Source of the DNA: Vicugna vicugna
Lineage: Eukaryota
Length of the DNA: 64,000 bases
Direction: 5' to 3'
Assembly (NCBI GenBank): GCA_013265495.1
Contig: MU058423.1
Span: forward strand, 5,562,745 to 5,626,744
The notes beneath the pieces were generated by a model, which saw only the letters and a program-made list of their open reading frames with translations, did not search any database and was not told where the DNA came from. Positions 11,880-25,749 of the stretch are shown here, piece after piece; the stretch's first letter is position 1; every line of letters begins with the position of its first letter. Both the position numbers and the translations under genes were made by a program.

Positions 11880-13690
11880 TCAAGAATACAGCTAAGTATG
11901 TATCAACACACACACACATATATATATATGAGGAAACTACTTGGGGCCAAGGAAACAGGCATCTGAATGGATTAAAGGCAATACAGCTCAACATTTACAT
12001 AAGGCTAATAACAGTGTCTTTTTCCCACTAGTCAGACCGGAAAAATCCAAAATTTATAGGACATAATTTTTTATAGGATAGAGTTCACAGAGGTTCTGTC
12101 CTCAGTATTAGAGGATAATTAATTCAATACTGAGCACTGTTCCAGTATGGCCTAATACATTTTTAAAATAAGACTCAAGAGGATTAAACCATTTCTAGGT
12201 AGCTCAGAACAAAGATCAAAAACGTTTATAGGAACACAAACTATCCAGCATCCAAATAAAAAAAAGAAAACCCACAATGTCAGGCACTGAATACAAAATT
12301 ACCAGGCATGCAAAGAAGCAGAAATGTACTATCCACATTGACAAGAAAAATTCATCAAGCAAATGCTCCGGAATTGGCACAGATCTTAGATTTATCAGAA
12401 AAGAATATTAAAAGTATTTTCATAATTATATTCCAGATGTTCCAAAAGCTAAGTAGAAACACAGAAAATATTTAAAGGACTCATATCAAATTTATAATAA
12501 TTAAAACTGAATGTCTGCAATAAAAATATACACTCGACAGGATTAATGACAGATTAGACACTTCAGGAGGAAAGACTGGAAATATTATAGACATAATAAT
12601 AAAAATATCTAAAATGAAACACAGAAAGAAGAATTTAAAAGTAATAATCAGCAGATAAATAGAGAACTGTAGGACAACTTCAGAAAGTCTAATATCTGTA
12701 TACTTTTAAATCTCAAAGAAGAGGAGAAAGGAAAACATGTTTTAAATCTGATTAAAAAAAACATGAAACTAGATATCCAAAAGTTCCCAAGGAACCAAAA
12801 CACAAATGAAAAAAGATAAAACTACATCAAGGCACATCTATCAAAGTGCTCAAATAAGTAATAAAGAAAAATTCTTGAAAGCAGCTAGAGAGAAAAGACA
12901 CCTTACATGCAGACAAAGAAAAGGATGACAGCAACTTTCCCGTCAGGAAAAAAATGCAAGCAATTAGACAATGGAACAACGTTTTTAAACTGGGGAAAGA
13001 AAACAAGTCAATGTAGAATTCTGTACCCAGCAAGAATACAGTTCAAAAGTGAAGAAGAAATAACAACTTCTGACATACAAAGCTCAAGATATCATCACTA
13101 GCAAACTCTCTCTATAGGAAATGTTAAAGCAAGTTTTCAGGTACAAGAAAAACAAAACCAGATTGAAATATTAATCTATACAATCATCAAAATAATAGAA
13201 AAATGAATGCAATGAAAAGATGGTAAGCTCATAATAGCTCAAAAACCTCTACCTAGTCAGAAAAAAAAAAAGAGAAGGCATAAATTACCAACATCAGAAA
13301 TGATCCAAGTGAAACTACTTGTCCATAGATATATTAAAATACTACAAAGGAAATGTTACAAATATTTTATGCTAAAAAAACTGACAACCAAAATTTGAAA
13401 CTGACCAGCTTCTTGAAAGACACAAACTACCGAAACTGATCATCTGAATAATCTTATACCCATTAAAGAAATTAAATTATTAAGTAAAACATTTTCTATT
13501 ATGAAAACTCCAGGCCTAGATGGGTATGCTGATAGATTTTGTCAAATATTTAAAAAACAAAATAATTCTACCCCAATTTTTACAGAAAATTGAAAATGCA
13601 GGAATATTTTCACATTCTTTCTACAAGTCTGTTAAGATCAGTAATAATCTGATATCAAAACCAGAAAAGACATCACAAAAAGTATAGACT
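11880..13690 (+). mobile_element. Old L1 (L1M-type) ORF1/ORF2 fragments; the ORF2 part continues at 18123-18920
   Basis: ORF 12907-13101 contains RILYPARIQFK (L1 ORF1); decayed ORF2 motifs (KTPGLDG, KPEKDITK) run up to the young L1 insertion point and resume after it. Confidence 0.8.
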
Positions 13691-13736
13691 GGGGGAAGAA
13701 AGATCAAAGGGGATTGAAAAGGTTTTTGAAGAAATC

Positions 13737-14156
13737 ATGACTGAAAACTTGCCAAACTTAAAGAAGGAATCAGATATCCAAGTACAGGAAGCTCAGAGGG
13801 TCCCAAACAGGAAGAATCCAAATAGACCCACACCAAGACATATCATAAAGATGGCCAGAGTCAAGGATAAAGAAATGATTCTAAAGGCAGCAAGAGAACA
13901 GCAAAGAGTAAGTTACAAGGGGACCCCCATAAGGCTCTCAGCTGATTTCTCTACACAAACACTACAGGCCAGAAGGGAGTGGCAAGATATATTCAAAGCC
14001 CTGAATGAAAAAAAGATGCAGCCTAGGATACTTTATCCAGCAAGGCTATCCTTTAGGATAGAAGGAGAAATAAAGAGTTTCACAGACAAAAAAAAGCTGC
14101 AGGAGTTTAGCAACACTAAACCCATGCTAAAAGAAATATTGAAAGAGCTATTCTAA
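13737..14156 (+). pseudogene. L1 ORF1p C-terminal part (RRM/CTD), N-terminus missing
   Basis: ENLPNL...QEAQRVP...PTPRHII...ILKAARE...IRLSADFS...ARREW...ILYPARLSF. Confidence 0.95.
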
Positions 14157-16415
14157 ATAGAAAAGAAGCAGGATGTTACAGAAATCAGAAACTCACAACT
14201 GGAAAGGTGATAAGTCATGAATTACAAATAAAGTAAACACAAAATTATAAAAGAAGACATACAAATCACTGAGAGTGGGAGGCAGGGAAATATAGAATAT
14301 ATTTTTTTCTTTCTTTTTAAAATTTTTTTTAACAGTAGGATGGGTTTGAGATCATGTTATTATCAGTTTATTAAAAACGGGTATAGGTTAATAGATTTAC
14401 AAAAAAGGGTAACCACAAGTCAAAAATTTACAAGGGAGTCACAAAACAAAAATTAAATCCATGATAATACAAAGGAAAATTACCAAACCACAAAAAGAAG
14501 AAGAAAGGAACAAAGAGGACATACCAATTCAACTGCAAAGATAAGTTCAAAATGGCAATAAACACAACACACACATTAATTACTGTAAATGTTAATGGAC
14601 TAAATGCTCCAGTCAAAAGACATAGAGTGGCAGAGTGGATAATAAAGCAAGAACCTTCAATATGCTGCATACAAGAGACCCACTTTAGGGAGAAGGACAC
14701 ATATAGATTGAGAGTGAAAGGATGGAAAAGGATATTCCATGCAAATGGAAAAGCCAAAAAAGCAGGTGTTGCAGTACTGATTTCAGACAAAATAGACTTT
14801 AAAACAAAGGCCATAAAGAAAGATAAAGAGGGACATTTTATAATGATTAAAGGAGTGATACAAGATGAAGATATTACACTCGTTAATATATATGCACCCA
14901 ATATAGGAGCACCTAAGTACATACAAGAATTACTAACAGAGATAAAGGGGGATATTGATGGGAATACAATCATAGTTGGAGATTTTAACACTGCATTAAC
15001 ATCACTAGACAGATCTTCCAGACAGAAAATAAACAAGGCAACAGAGAAATTAAATACTACAATAGAAAAACTAGATTTGGTGGATATTTTCAGAGCTTTA
15101 CACCCCCAAAAAATAGAATATACATTCTTTTCAAGTGCACATGGAACATTTTCCAGGATCGATCATGTACTTGGACACAAAAGAAACCTCAACAAATTTA
15201 AGAAGATAGAAATTATCTCAAGCATCTTTACTGACCACAATGCCATGAAACTGGAAATCAACAACAGAGAAACAAAGGAGAAAAAAAGAAAAGCATGGAG
15301 ATTAAACAATATGTTATTGAAAAAACAATGGATCAATGAGGAAATCAAAGCTGAAATTAAAAAATACCTTGAGACAAATGATAATGAAAGCACAACCACT
15401 CAAAACCTATGGGACACAGCAAAGGCAGTGCTAAGAGGGAAGTTTATAGCGATACAGGCCTTCCTCAAAAAAGAAGAACAATCTCAAATAAACAAGTTAA
15501 CCCACCACCTGAATCAATTAGAAAAAGAAGAACAAAAAGCCCCAAAAAGCAGCAGAAGGAAGGAAATAATAAAGATCAGAGAGGAATTAAATACAATAGA
15601 GATTAACAAGACCATAGAAAAAATCAACCAAACCAAAAGCTGGTTTTTTGAAAAAGTAAATAAAATCGACAAACCTCTGGCCAAACTCACAAAGAAGAAA
15701 AAAGAGAGAGCACAAATTAGCAAAATAAGAAAGGAAAATGGAGAAATTACAACAAACAAAATAGAAATACAGAATATCATACGAGAATATTATGAAAAAC
15801 TATATGGAACCAAACTGGATAACCTAGAGGAGATGGACAAGTTTCTGGAAACATACTGTCCACCAAAACTGAATCAAGAAGAAACTGAACACTTGAACAA
15901 TCCGATCACTAGAAAGGAAATAGAAATAGCAATTAAAAACCTCCCTACAAATAAAAGTCCAGGACCGGATGGCTTCACCGGGGAATTCTACCAAACATAC
16001 AAAGAAGAACTCATACCAGTCCTTCTCAAACTCTTCCAGACGATTGAAAAGGAGGGAATACTCCCAAACTCATTCTATGAAGCCACCATCACCCTGATAC
16101 CAAAACCAGGCAAAGACACTACAAAAAAAGAGAATTATAGGCCAATATCACATAAACGCCAAAATCCTTACCAAAATTTTAGCTAATAGAATCCAACAAC
16201 ACATAAAAAAAGATAATACATCATGACCAAGTGGGGTTCATCCCAGGGACACAAGGCTGGTTCAACACACGCAAGTCAATCAGTGTAATACATCACATCA
16301 ACAAGAGAAAGGACAAAAACCACATGATCATCTCAATCGATGCAGAAAAAGCATTTGATAAAATTCAACACCCATTTATGATAAAAACTCTCGCCAAAGT
16401 GGGTATAGAGGGAAC

Positions 16416-17102
16416 NNNNNNNNNNNNNNNNNNNNNNNNNNNNNNNNNNNNNNNNNNNNNNNNNNNNNNNNNNNNNNNNNNNNNNNNNNNNNNNNNNNNN
16501 NNNNNNNNNNNNNNNNNNNNNNNNNNNNNNNNNNNNNNNNNNNNNNNNNNNNNNNNNNNNNNNNNNNNNNNNNNNNNNNNNNNNNNNNNNNNNNNNNNNN
16601 NNNNNNNNNNNNNNNNNNNNNNNNNNNNNNNNNNNNNNNNNNNNNNNNNNNNNNNNNNNNNNNNNNNNNNNNNNNNNNNNNNNNNNNNNNNNNNNNNNNN
16701 NNNNNNNNNNNNNNNNNNNNNNNNNNNNNNNNNNNNNNNNNNNNNNNNNNNNNNNNNNNNNNNNNNNNNNNNNNNNNNNNNNNNNNNNNNNNNNNNNNNN
16801 NNNNNNNNNNNNNNNNNNNNNNNNNNNNNNNNNNNNNNNNNNNNNNNNNNNNNNNNNNNNNNNNNNNNNNNNNNNNNNNNNNNNNNNNNNNNNNNNNNNN
16901 NNNNNNNNNNNNNNNNNNNNNNNNNNNNNNNNNNNNNNNNNNNNNNNNNNNNNNNNNNNNNNNNNNNNNNNNNNNNNNNNNNNNNNNNNNNNNNNNNNNN
17001 NNNNNNNNNNNNNNNNNNNNNNNNNNNNNNNNNNNNNNNNNNNNNNNNNNNNNNNNNNNNNNNNNNNNNNNNNNNNNNNNNNNNNNNNNNNNNNNNNNNN
17101 NN
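16416..17102. other. Assembly gap (N run)
   Basis: Run of N inside the young L1. Confidence 1.
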
Positions 17103-17498
17103 AACTCAAAATGGATTAAAGACTTAAACATAAGACAAGATACAATAAACCTCCTAGAGGAAAACATAGGCAAAACATTATCTGACATACATTTCAAAAA
17201 TTTTCTCCTAGAAGAAATAAATGCAAGAGTAAACAAATAGGACCTAATGAAAGTTATAAGCTTCTGCACAGCAAAGGTAACCAGAAGTAAAACAAAAAGA
17301 CAACCTACGGAATGGGAGAAAATTTTAGCAAATGAAACCGACAAAGGCTTGATCTCCAGAATATATAAGCAGCTCATACGACTCAATAAGAAAAAAATAA
17401 ACAACCCAATCCAAAAATGGGCAGAAGACCTAAACAAGCAATTCTCCAAGGAAGACATACAAATGATCAAAAGGCACATGAAAAAATGCTCAATATCA

Positions 17499-17656
17499 NN
17501 NNNNNNNNNNNNNNNNNNNNNNNNNNNNNNNNNNNNNNNNNNNNNNNNNNNNNNNNNNNNNNNNNNNNNNNNNNNNNNNNNNNNNNNNNNNNNNNNNNNN
17601 NNNNNNNNNNNNNNNNNNNNNNNNNNNNNNNNNNNNNNNNNNNNNNNNNNNNNNNN
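17499..17656. other. Assembly gap (N run)
   Basis: Run of N inside the young L1. Confidence 1.
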
Positions 17657-18964
17657 GAGAATGTCATTCTAAGTGAAGTAAGCCAGAAAGAGAAAGAAAA
17701 ATACCGTATGAGATTGCTCATATATGGAATCTAAAAAACTTACACAAAAACAAACAAACAAACAAAAACAAAGCATAAATACAGGACAGAAATAGACTCA
17801 TAGAGAGAGAATACAGACTTGTGGTTGCCAGAGGGGTGGAGGGTGGGAAGGGATAGACTGGGATTTCAAAATTGTAGAATAGATAAACAAGATTACACTG
17901 TATAGCACAGGGAAATATACACAAAATGTTATGATAACTCACAGAGAAAAAAATGTGACAATGAGTGTGTATATGTCCATGAATGACTGAAAAATTGTGC
18001 TGAACACTGGAATTTGACACAACATTGTAAAGTGATTATAAATCAATAAAAAATGTTAAAAAAAACCTAATAAATATTTGAAATTAAAAGTACAATGTAA
18101 TAAAAATTATGGTATTAAAAAACTATAGACTGATATACTTAATCAGTTTATATATAAAATTCTAAAAAACATGCTAGTAAATATTACAACAGAATATTTT
18201 AAAATAATAAGTCATCAAGAGTAAACTGGGTTTAAACTGCAAGAGTGGTTTAACATCAGACAATCACACTGTAACTTGCCATATAAAAATCTAAATGAAA
18301 GAAATTGTATATTTATCTCAATATATACAAATAAGCATTCCATAGTCTCCAACATTCAGTACTGACAAAAATGCCAGAAAATTAATATTAGAAGAGCACT
18401 GACTCAACCTGAATGATAAAAGTCTTCTATGAAAGGTCTACAGGTAAAAATATACATAAGGATGAATAACTGAATATTGCCTCCTAACATCAGGATTCAG
18501 ACAAGAATGTTCCTCCCAGCACGTCTATTCAGCACTGTCCTAGAGTTTCTAGCCAGTACAATAACCCATAAAAGAAATACAGGAATCTAGAATTGCAAAG
18601 AAGAAATAAAAGTATTTATTTATAAATTATATGATCAAATATTGTAAAATATGATAGAATATCAAAAACCTACCAGAACTATCAGCTGAGTTTATGAAGG
18701 TGGCGAGATCCAAAACCAATACTGAATAATCAATCGCATACGTATTGTATGCCAATATACAGGCAATAAACCACTGGAAATTGATATTTTAAAATAACAC
18801 TACTTAAAAAAGCATCAATACATATGAAATATTTAGGGACAAATCTTTTTTTTTTAAATGTGAAAGATCTATAAACTAAAACTATAAAACACTGATGAGA
18901 AAAATTTAAAAAGATGTATATCCCCATTTTGTAATATATACATACATACACACACATACACACA

Positions 18965-19340
18965 TATGCTTGTTTTCTAATAGGACTGTTTTTTTACTGT
19001 TGAGTTTTGAGAGTTCTTTACATATTCTAGACACTAGTTATTTACTGAATATCTGATTTGAAAATATTTTCTCCATCTCTGCAGCTTTCCTTTGCATCCT
19101 CTTAACTGTCTTTTGTAGAGCAAACTTTTGTAATACAAATGAAGTCCAAGTTATCTTTTTTTTTCATTTATGGGTAGTGCTTTGGTGTTTAACGTACAAA
19201 CTTGCCTACTAACCATAGATCCCAAAATTGTTACCCTATTTTTTTCTAAAAGCTGTAACAGTTTTATGTTTCACATGTACTCCCTATTTTGAGATCTGTT
19301 TTGAGGTTTTGTTTTTTTTTTATAAGATGTGAGGTTTAGG
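18965..19340 (-). mobile_element. Old L1 ORF2 3' fragment
   Basis: ttgagttttgagagttctttacatattctagacactag...gaaaatattttctcc is typical antisense L1M. Confidence 0.75.
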
Positions 19341-19399
19341 TTATACTAGTTATAGTCCATTCTAACCACTAAAATTCATTATACTCGAATGTGTAACTT

Positions 19400-21480
19400 C
19401 CAAATCAGGTGAGAGAAGTAATGGGTTAAAGTAAAAATCATTACATTAAAAACTAAGTCAAGACAAGAGGAAAAAATGAGGGATAGAATGCACAGGGGGA
19501 AAAAAGGATAAAAAAAGTAATTTAAAATAATTTCAATTATAAGAGTAAGTACAGTAACACAGGGTCACAAACTTAAAAATATGAATCAAAACAATATGCC
19601 AGACACATGTTCTCTACTAGAATGCTGGTAGAAACATATCAATAGCAGACAAAATTTAAGGGAAAAATATTACTAGAGATAAGAGAGGTCACAAACTACT
19701 CATAAAGCTCCAATTCAAAAGAAAAACAGAAAATAGTTAAATGCGCACACCCCAAATGATATATTTTCTAATACATGCAGCAAATACGGTAATGTTTCAA
19801 GAACAAATTGATAAATCTAACACCATAAATTAAGATTTTAACATCTTTTTCTCAGTAGACTTATCAAGTATATCAAAAATATCAGTAAGTAAAAATATCA
19901 GTAAGCAAATTTATGTGACATAAATTAATGAAACCAAGATACAAACAAAAGAGTAAACAAATCAGTAGTTGGGTATTTGAAAATATTAGTACAATAGATA
20001 AGTCTTAAGAAAATTCTTTCAGTAAGAATGATAAAACACATATTCCAAAATACAATTAGAAATAAAAATACATGATTATGAATTCATCAGTGGGTGAAAT
20101 ATATTAAGATGTTATGAATAACTCTATCAAAATAAATTTGAAAATGTTTGCAAAATGAGCAATGTAACTATGGGAAAAATTTTAAAAGCTAAATATTATT
20201 TTTACAATACAGATGAGCCACTCAGATTGTATTCCTAAGAACTCTACCAAAAAACCCCTCAGAAACCAGGAAACTCCAAACTTAATTTTTTTCTTGAGAT
20301 TATAAAAAAAGAAGTTTCCTATAAATTAAATGAGCCAATGTAGTTTTTAATCCCAAAACCAAAAAAAAAAAGAGAGATCAAGTGAAATAAACATTATTTT
20401 CTAATAATACTCAATAACGTTGATGTATAATTCTAAACAAAATAACAGCAAATGGAAAGATAATATATGATAATCTAGTTGGGTTTAATATTAGGTATCC
20501 ACGTTTAATTCACTGTTGAGAATCTAAATTATCTATATTTTAAGATTAAAGATAAATATAAAGTTTCAATCAATATAGAAACCAGATTGAACAAGCATTC
20601 ATAATAAATACTCTTTGGAAATTGGTCAGAAATAGTAAACTTTTAAAATTCATTAACAGTATTTAGCAACAAAAGACAACCTAGAAAACAAAATTATATT
20701 ACACAGACATACTGCACACACCTGTACACATATAAACTAACCACACTGAAATTGAGAACAAAAAAGTTATGAACCAAGAGAAAGTATGTGGAATATATTG
20801 CATGCAAAAGGTGTTGACATGCAGGAGAAAGACTTGCAACAAGTAATTAGAATAAGACAAAAAGCTTCTAAGAATCAAAACATAGAAAGGTAGGAAACAT
20901 AAAATATTCTCAATATTAACAGTAATCAGTTGTGTGGTAAAAAGGTAGGTTTGGTCACACAAGTATTATACAGATTATAAATAGCCTTATACAGTATTTG
21001 ATGACAAATGGATTAATAAAATAGTTTTGTGGGAGCATGGGATTTTCAGAAAGCCAAGAAAGGAAGAATCATTCATGAATAGATGTTGGAAGTTTTTACA
21101 CAATTTTCTGCATCTATTCAGGTGATCATATGCCTTATCTCTTTTAACTCTGTTAATATGGTGAATAACACTGCTTGATGCTTAATTTTACACCAGTCTT
21201 GCATTCCTGGATAAACCCCATTTGGTCATAAACTATGATAATTTTTACATCTTGCTGGATTTGTTTTGGCTAATCTGTTAAAGGTTTTTTAGGTACAAGC
21301 TCCTGACACTTACTGATTTGTAGCTTTCTTTTCTTGTTATCTTTGTGTTTGATATTTACATAAAAGTTGGAAAATGTTCCCTTCCCTTCCATTATGTGAT
21401 AGAGTTTTATTAGGATTGGTACAATTTTCTCCTTAAATGTTTGGTAGAATTACTCAATTAATACATCTGGACCTGCAGAG
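19400..21480. mobile_element. Mosaic of very old L1ME-type fragments (+ to about 21050, then -)
   Basis: A-rich decayed ORF2-like sequence, then an antisense L1 segment (ttgcattcctggataaaccccatttggtcat). Confidence 0.55.
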
Positions 21481-21575
21481 AGAGTGAATGAGTGAGAGAG
21501 TGTGTGTGTGTATGTATGTGCGTGTGTGTATGTATGTGCGTGTGTGTGCACATGTGTGCGTGTGAACACACATGC
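21478..21575. repeat. Compound (GA)/(TG) microsatellite
   Basis: gagagagtgaatgagtgagagagtgtgtgtgtgtatgtatgtgcgtg... Confidence 0.9.
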
Positions 21576-22049
21576 ATATAAAGGTTCTTAAGATTTTTTT
21601 TCAACCATGGTGTCATCACGTATATCATATAGCTAATTGAATATAGCACTCCAGTAATTCCTTACTCAGTCTCCTTTGCATGTACCGTTCAGAAATCTGG
21701 GTCTGTTTGTCTATGTAGATCCTTTCTATTTACTACCCTGCTCCACAAATTCCAACTGCCTCAACTTTACTGAACTATAATCTCCACCTCATTTCAGGGA
21801 GACCATTCTCCGGGGCTTGTTTCCTGCTATTTGTGCTCTGTGGGAGAATGTGCGACCTGGCAAACACCAACAATGATCATAGGCTCACAACAGCTGTTTC
21901 TCTCTATCAGAGATCCCAGTTCTTTGGATCCATGCTGTCCAATATCTAAATCCACCTAAATCATATGTGTTGATTTGTTTTCTTATTATTTATTACAGGA
22001 GGGAAAGTAAACAGTATACATGGTTTTCACCCTGGGGTCTTCTGTATCA

Positions 22050-22500
22050 ATGGCCCATTTCTTCACTCTGCTACACATCTTCAGGAACATAACTTTAAAG
22101 ATCCCATTAAGGGAATGATTTACATTTTCCCACTCCTTACTTTGAATTCAGTCCTAAGACTGGCTTAAGTCAATAGCGTGAGCTGTTAAGTGACAGTGTG
22201 ACACTTTAACAGACTTTGTATGTTTCTACTCGATCCCTTGCCTTTCAGCTATTTCTAAAAGAACATGCCAGGGTAGCTTGCTAGTCCCAGAAAATGCACA
22301 TAAGTCATGCAGAACAGAGACTCCAGAGTTAAAGCACGCTAGCTGGGTCCATTCTATTTCAGGCAACACAGTCATAAACACAAGCACAAGCACACTGTTG
22401 TACGTAATAATGCACAATCCATATCTAAGAGTGAGAAGTTATGCTTCACTTCTTGAGGGCTGTGTATCTTCACAAAATTATGGAGAAGTCTTATGTATAG
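22050..22500 (+). mobile_element. MaLR LTR (MLT1-type), degraded
   Basis: cccactcctt...gactggcttaagtcaatag...aagtgacagtgtgacact...gaacatgccagggtagcttgctagtccc follows the MLT1 layout. Confidence 0.55.
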
Positions 22501-22509
22501 ATGATTAGT

Positions 22510-23740
22510 CTGAGATACTTCTTATTTACTTCTTTATTTTTAAATACTTTTTTGTTTTCTGGCACTGTAAGATTTTCCAAGCTCATCCTTTATATTTCAT
22601 GCCCTGGTCCTACAATTAGTTATTCTGCTAAGGAGATCTGATCTTTCATACTGAAAAACAGTATTAGAAACTGTGGAAACCATGTGTGCTTGTTGCTGCT
22701 AAATTCTTTGATTTTAGGCCTTCTTTGCTGACAGGGCAAGAGAATACATGTGGTAAAAACTAGCCTATGTATAGACACATATGTATAAGTATTCTATATG
22801 TAAACAACTGAATCTATATTAAGTAAAACATGAATTCATAAGATGTTTCCAACTCTCAGTATAATACCATATGGATCATTCTAGGCTGCCCTCCTAGCTT
22901 ATCTGTAAACCACGTCGCCAAAGAGAAAACCTTGCCTGGGCATGATGTTGCAAACAGCTGTCTAAATATTCAGGAATGTGAATACGTGATCACATGGTAA
23001 GACTATTTCAGCTTTGAAAGAAATAACAAATTGTCTTCTAAAGTGTCCATTCTCAATATTATGATCTTACCTACAGATTTTGTAGATGTTCTTTACCAAA
23101 TTAAGGAATTTATTTCTATCCCCAGTTTGATAGATATTTTTCTTTGACCATAAATAGGTAGGTGGTGGTGGTGGTTATTGTTTTGGGGGTTTTTTGGTCA
23201 AATACTTTTTTGCATCACTTGATAGAATCACAAGACTTCTTTTTTTCTCTGAAGTATTGGATATGGTGGATTGCACTGATTGATTATCCACTGGAGAGTA
23301 GATCTCTGTTAGCGGAGAAGGCTCTGGGAACGTTACACAATGATTACTCTTCTTCCACTGGCAAGGTCATAAAGGGTTATTTCTTGGATCCCTCCCATAA
23401 GAAGCTGATGGAGTTCTGGAGGTCAGCACATGAAAGTGTAGGGACCCTTATAAGACTGTAATTACTGATGTTTCCTCAGCCTCCAGCAACTCATCAAAAT
23501 TACCATTTAAATATTTCTCTCATTTGATGGCTTCAGGGGCTTCTGCTCCAAGTGAGTAAAGTTCAGCTGGGACTCTCTGGATACCACTGTGTTTACAGAT
23601 TCTGGGTTACAGTTTGCCTTGAAACCTGAGTTCTCAAAAGTCACTGATTTTCAATTTGGACAAATTTTTTCTTTTTGTAAGATCTTGAGTGACTGTTTTC
23701 AAGCTCTTTATTTGCCAAAGCTGAACTAAAAGTCCAAGAT
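22510..23740 (-). mobile_element. Old L1 fragments (L1MC/L1ME-type)
   Basis: ctggcactgtaagattttccaagctcatc (antisense L1MC 3' UTR-like) and downstream antisense L1 segments. Confidence 0.5.
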
Positions 23741-25227
23741 TAACCTTTCTCTTGCTGAAGGAAGATATCATCTTAGATCTGATTTTCTACATCAAACCCA
23801 TCTCCTAGAGAATAGTTTTATAAAAAAAAAAATGAAAATTCAGAGAGCACTCAAGTTCTCAATAACATAATTATACATGAAAAGTAAGCTTCATCTTCAC
23901 TGTGTCTATTTTAAAACCAGGAATTTCACAGATATGCACTGGTTACTCAGATATTTTGAGTATACTTGGATGATGCTACATAACTTTGTATTTTCATTAA
24001 AAGTCTGTTTTAATATACAATTAGTTTATGTTAACATTTGTGATTAGCAAATAGTGCAAGACCCTGCATGGGGATGACATACTTTGGGAAATTTATGTGC
24101 ATATCATTAAATATATTTTACAGCACTTGTGTTTTATATATTAGTACAAGTCTTGCACTGCCAGTAAAATCTATTCATTTTATTATAGTAATTCTAGTTG
24201 TCAAATTTATTACTATATCCACCTGGCATGTGAATCCACATTCTTAACAGTCTCCTTTTATTGAACAGAATTTATGATTCCTTCTAAGTTTGATGAAATA
24301 AAATAAACAATTTTCAACATGATTCAGCATCAAGGTAGGGTTATTATTTTGTGGATATGTGCATGGGAGTTTGAGCTTAAAATAACTTAAAAATTGTTAT
24401 GAAAACAGGCAGTTTGGGGGCATGCTGCACCTAATTTAGGTACAAGATAGCATGTGGCAGCCCTCTATGAATTAATTGTTATGGTTGCTAAGCAATAACA
24501 TGGAACAATATTCTATACTAAACTTACTTTTAACTGTTGGAAAAGTTTTGGTCAATGAGTGACATTAAGTGGCATTACTCAGATTTATTTGATTATTGTT
24601 TGGAATTATACAGATTTCCTAGTCTGTTGCCGCAACCAAATGAACTTGAAATTTGCATAATGTGAGTCCATTGAAATATCTGCAATAATTTATAACTAAA
24701 CTTTATGTTCAATCCTTCTTTTTGTCCCAAATAATAAAGACTTCGCAGTTATCCAATGCAGTCATCTCTTTAGACAAATGACTGAGTATGAAAATAAGCC
24801 TATTATCTACCTCACTTTATACAGTACAAGGATTACTTTAAAGTTGGTAAGAATGTATAAGCAAATGAATGTCTTTTGCATGGGTAAGTTCTATATTAAA
24901 GCCAAACAGAGAAAATTCATGTTGTTAAGTGGAGAATCACCATTTAAAATGGAGAATTCTACCATATAGCTAACCTATTTTGTACTTTAAAAAATCACCA
25001 ACATACCCAGTGACAGAAGCAGTATTTTTCCTTCTGGCTTTATGCACTGCCACTCACCTACTGCCAGAAAAAGCATCAAATGAATTAACACTTAAACATA
25101 TCATAGTTAGAGTATGCCCAGTACGCTAAGTTGAATATAAAATCAATGACATTATGATGGCTTAAAATCAGATAAGAGGAAAAGATATACACTTACGAAA
25201 CATTTAGTGAACAAGCTAATTCTGTAT

Positions 25228-25228
25228 A

Positions 25229-25260
<32 letters not shown>
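25228..25260. repeat. (TG)n(TA)n microsatellite
   Basis: Read directly. Confidence 0.9.
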
Positions 25261-25261
<1 letters not shown>

Positions 25262-25749
25262 AATAAACATCTAATTAGTATTACAAGTAATGCAGTAACT
25301 AAGGAAATTATAAGTGTATTATTTTTATTTAATTATAATTAAATTATAATTATAAATTTTTTACTACTGTATTTATTCAACAAGTTATTTAAAAGTAAGA
25401 GCTATTACAGAAATCTCTCTCATGTTTCTGACATTCCATATATTTGCACTCCAGGATAAAGAAGGACTCATGACTCTCCTTACGGGTCATCTAATTAGGT
25501 AGAAAGAACTTTATCTCTGATTAGTTTGTGGAGCAAATGTAATTCCAATGCATGATAAATGAAATGCTTTGTGACCAACTTCTATTTAACAATTACTATT
25601 GCTCCCTACTATTAACTTTCCAGGCCTAAATGCAATGTTGCATATTTCACCTACTTTACACAGCAGTCTTGCTGCAAAATTAGGAATTCTAGTCAAAAAA
25701 ATGAATGCGTAAGGTTAACTAATTATGCAAATTTGGCAGATTGAGCTCT

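Larger units (their letters stand above)
14552..17660 (+). pseudogene. L1 ORF2p (APE endonuclease + RT), frameshifted near 16150, partly in assembly gaps
   Basis: NVNGLN, CCIQETH, GDFN, SRIDH, FTDHN endonuclease motifs; [14 protein letters not shown] followed by a frameshift; [17 protein letters not shown] resumes in another frame. Confidence 0.95.
13692..18117 (+). mobile_element. Young 5'-truncated LINE-1 (lineage-specific)
   Basis: ORF1 C-terminus, inter-ORF spacer, ORF2, 3' UTR, AATAAA and A-tail; TSD AAAAAGTATAGACTG (13677-13691) / AAAAACTATAGACTG (18118-18132). Confidence 0.95.

Noticed and set aside
14428..15780. Antisense ORFs of 78-202 aa
   Set aside because: Shadow frames opposite L1 ORF2.
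16231..17734. Long ORFs containing X runs
   Set aside because: Artefacts of translating through assembly gaps inside the L1.
13692..18117. Retrotransposition-competent L1
   Set aside because: It lacks the 5' UTR and ORF1 start, and ORF2 is frameshifted near 16150.
19875..19906. 16-bp direct duplication (a similar one lies near 35611-35656)
   Set aside because: Ordinary slippage duplications with no sign of function.
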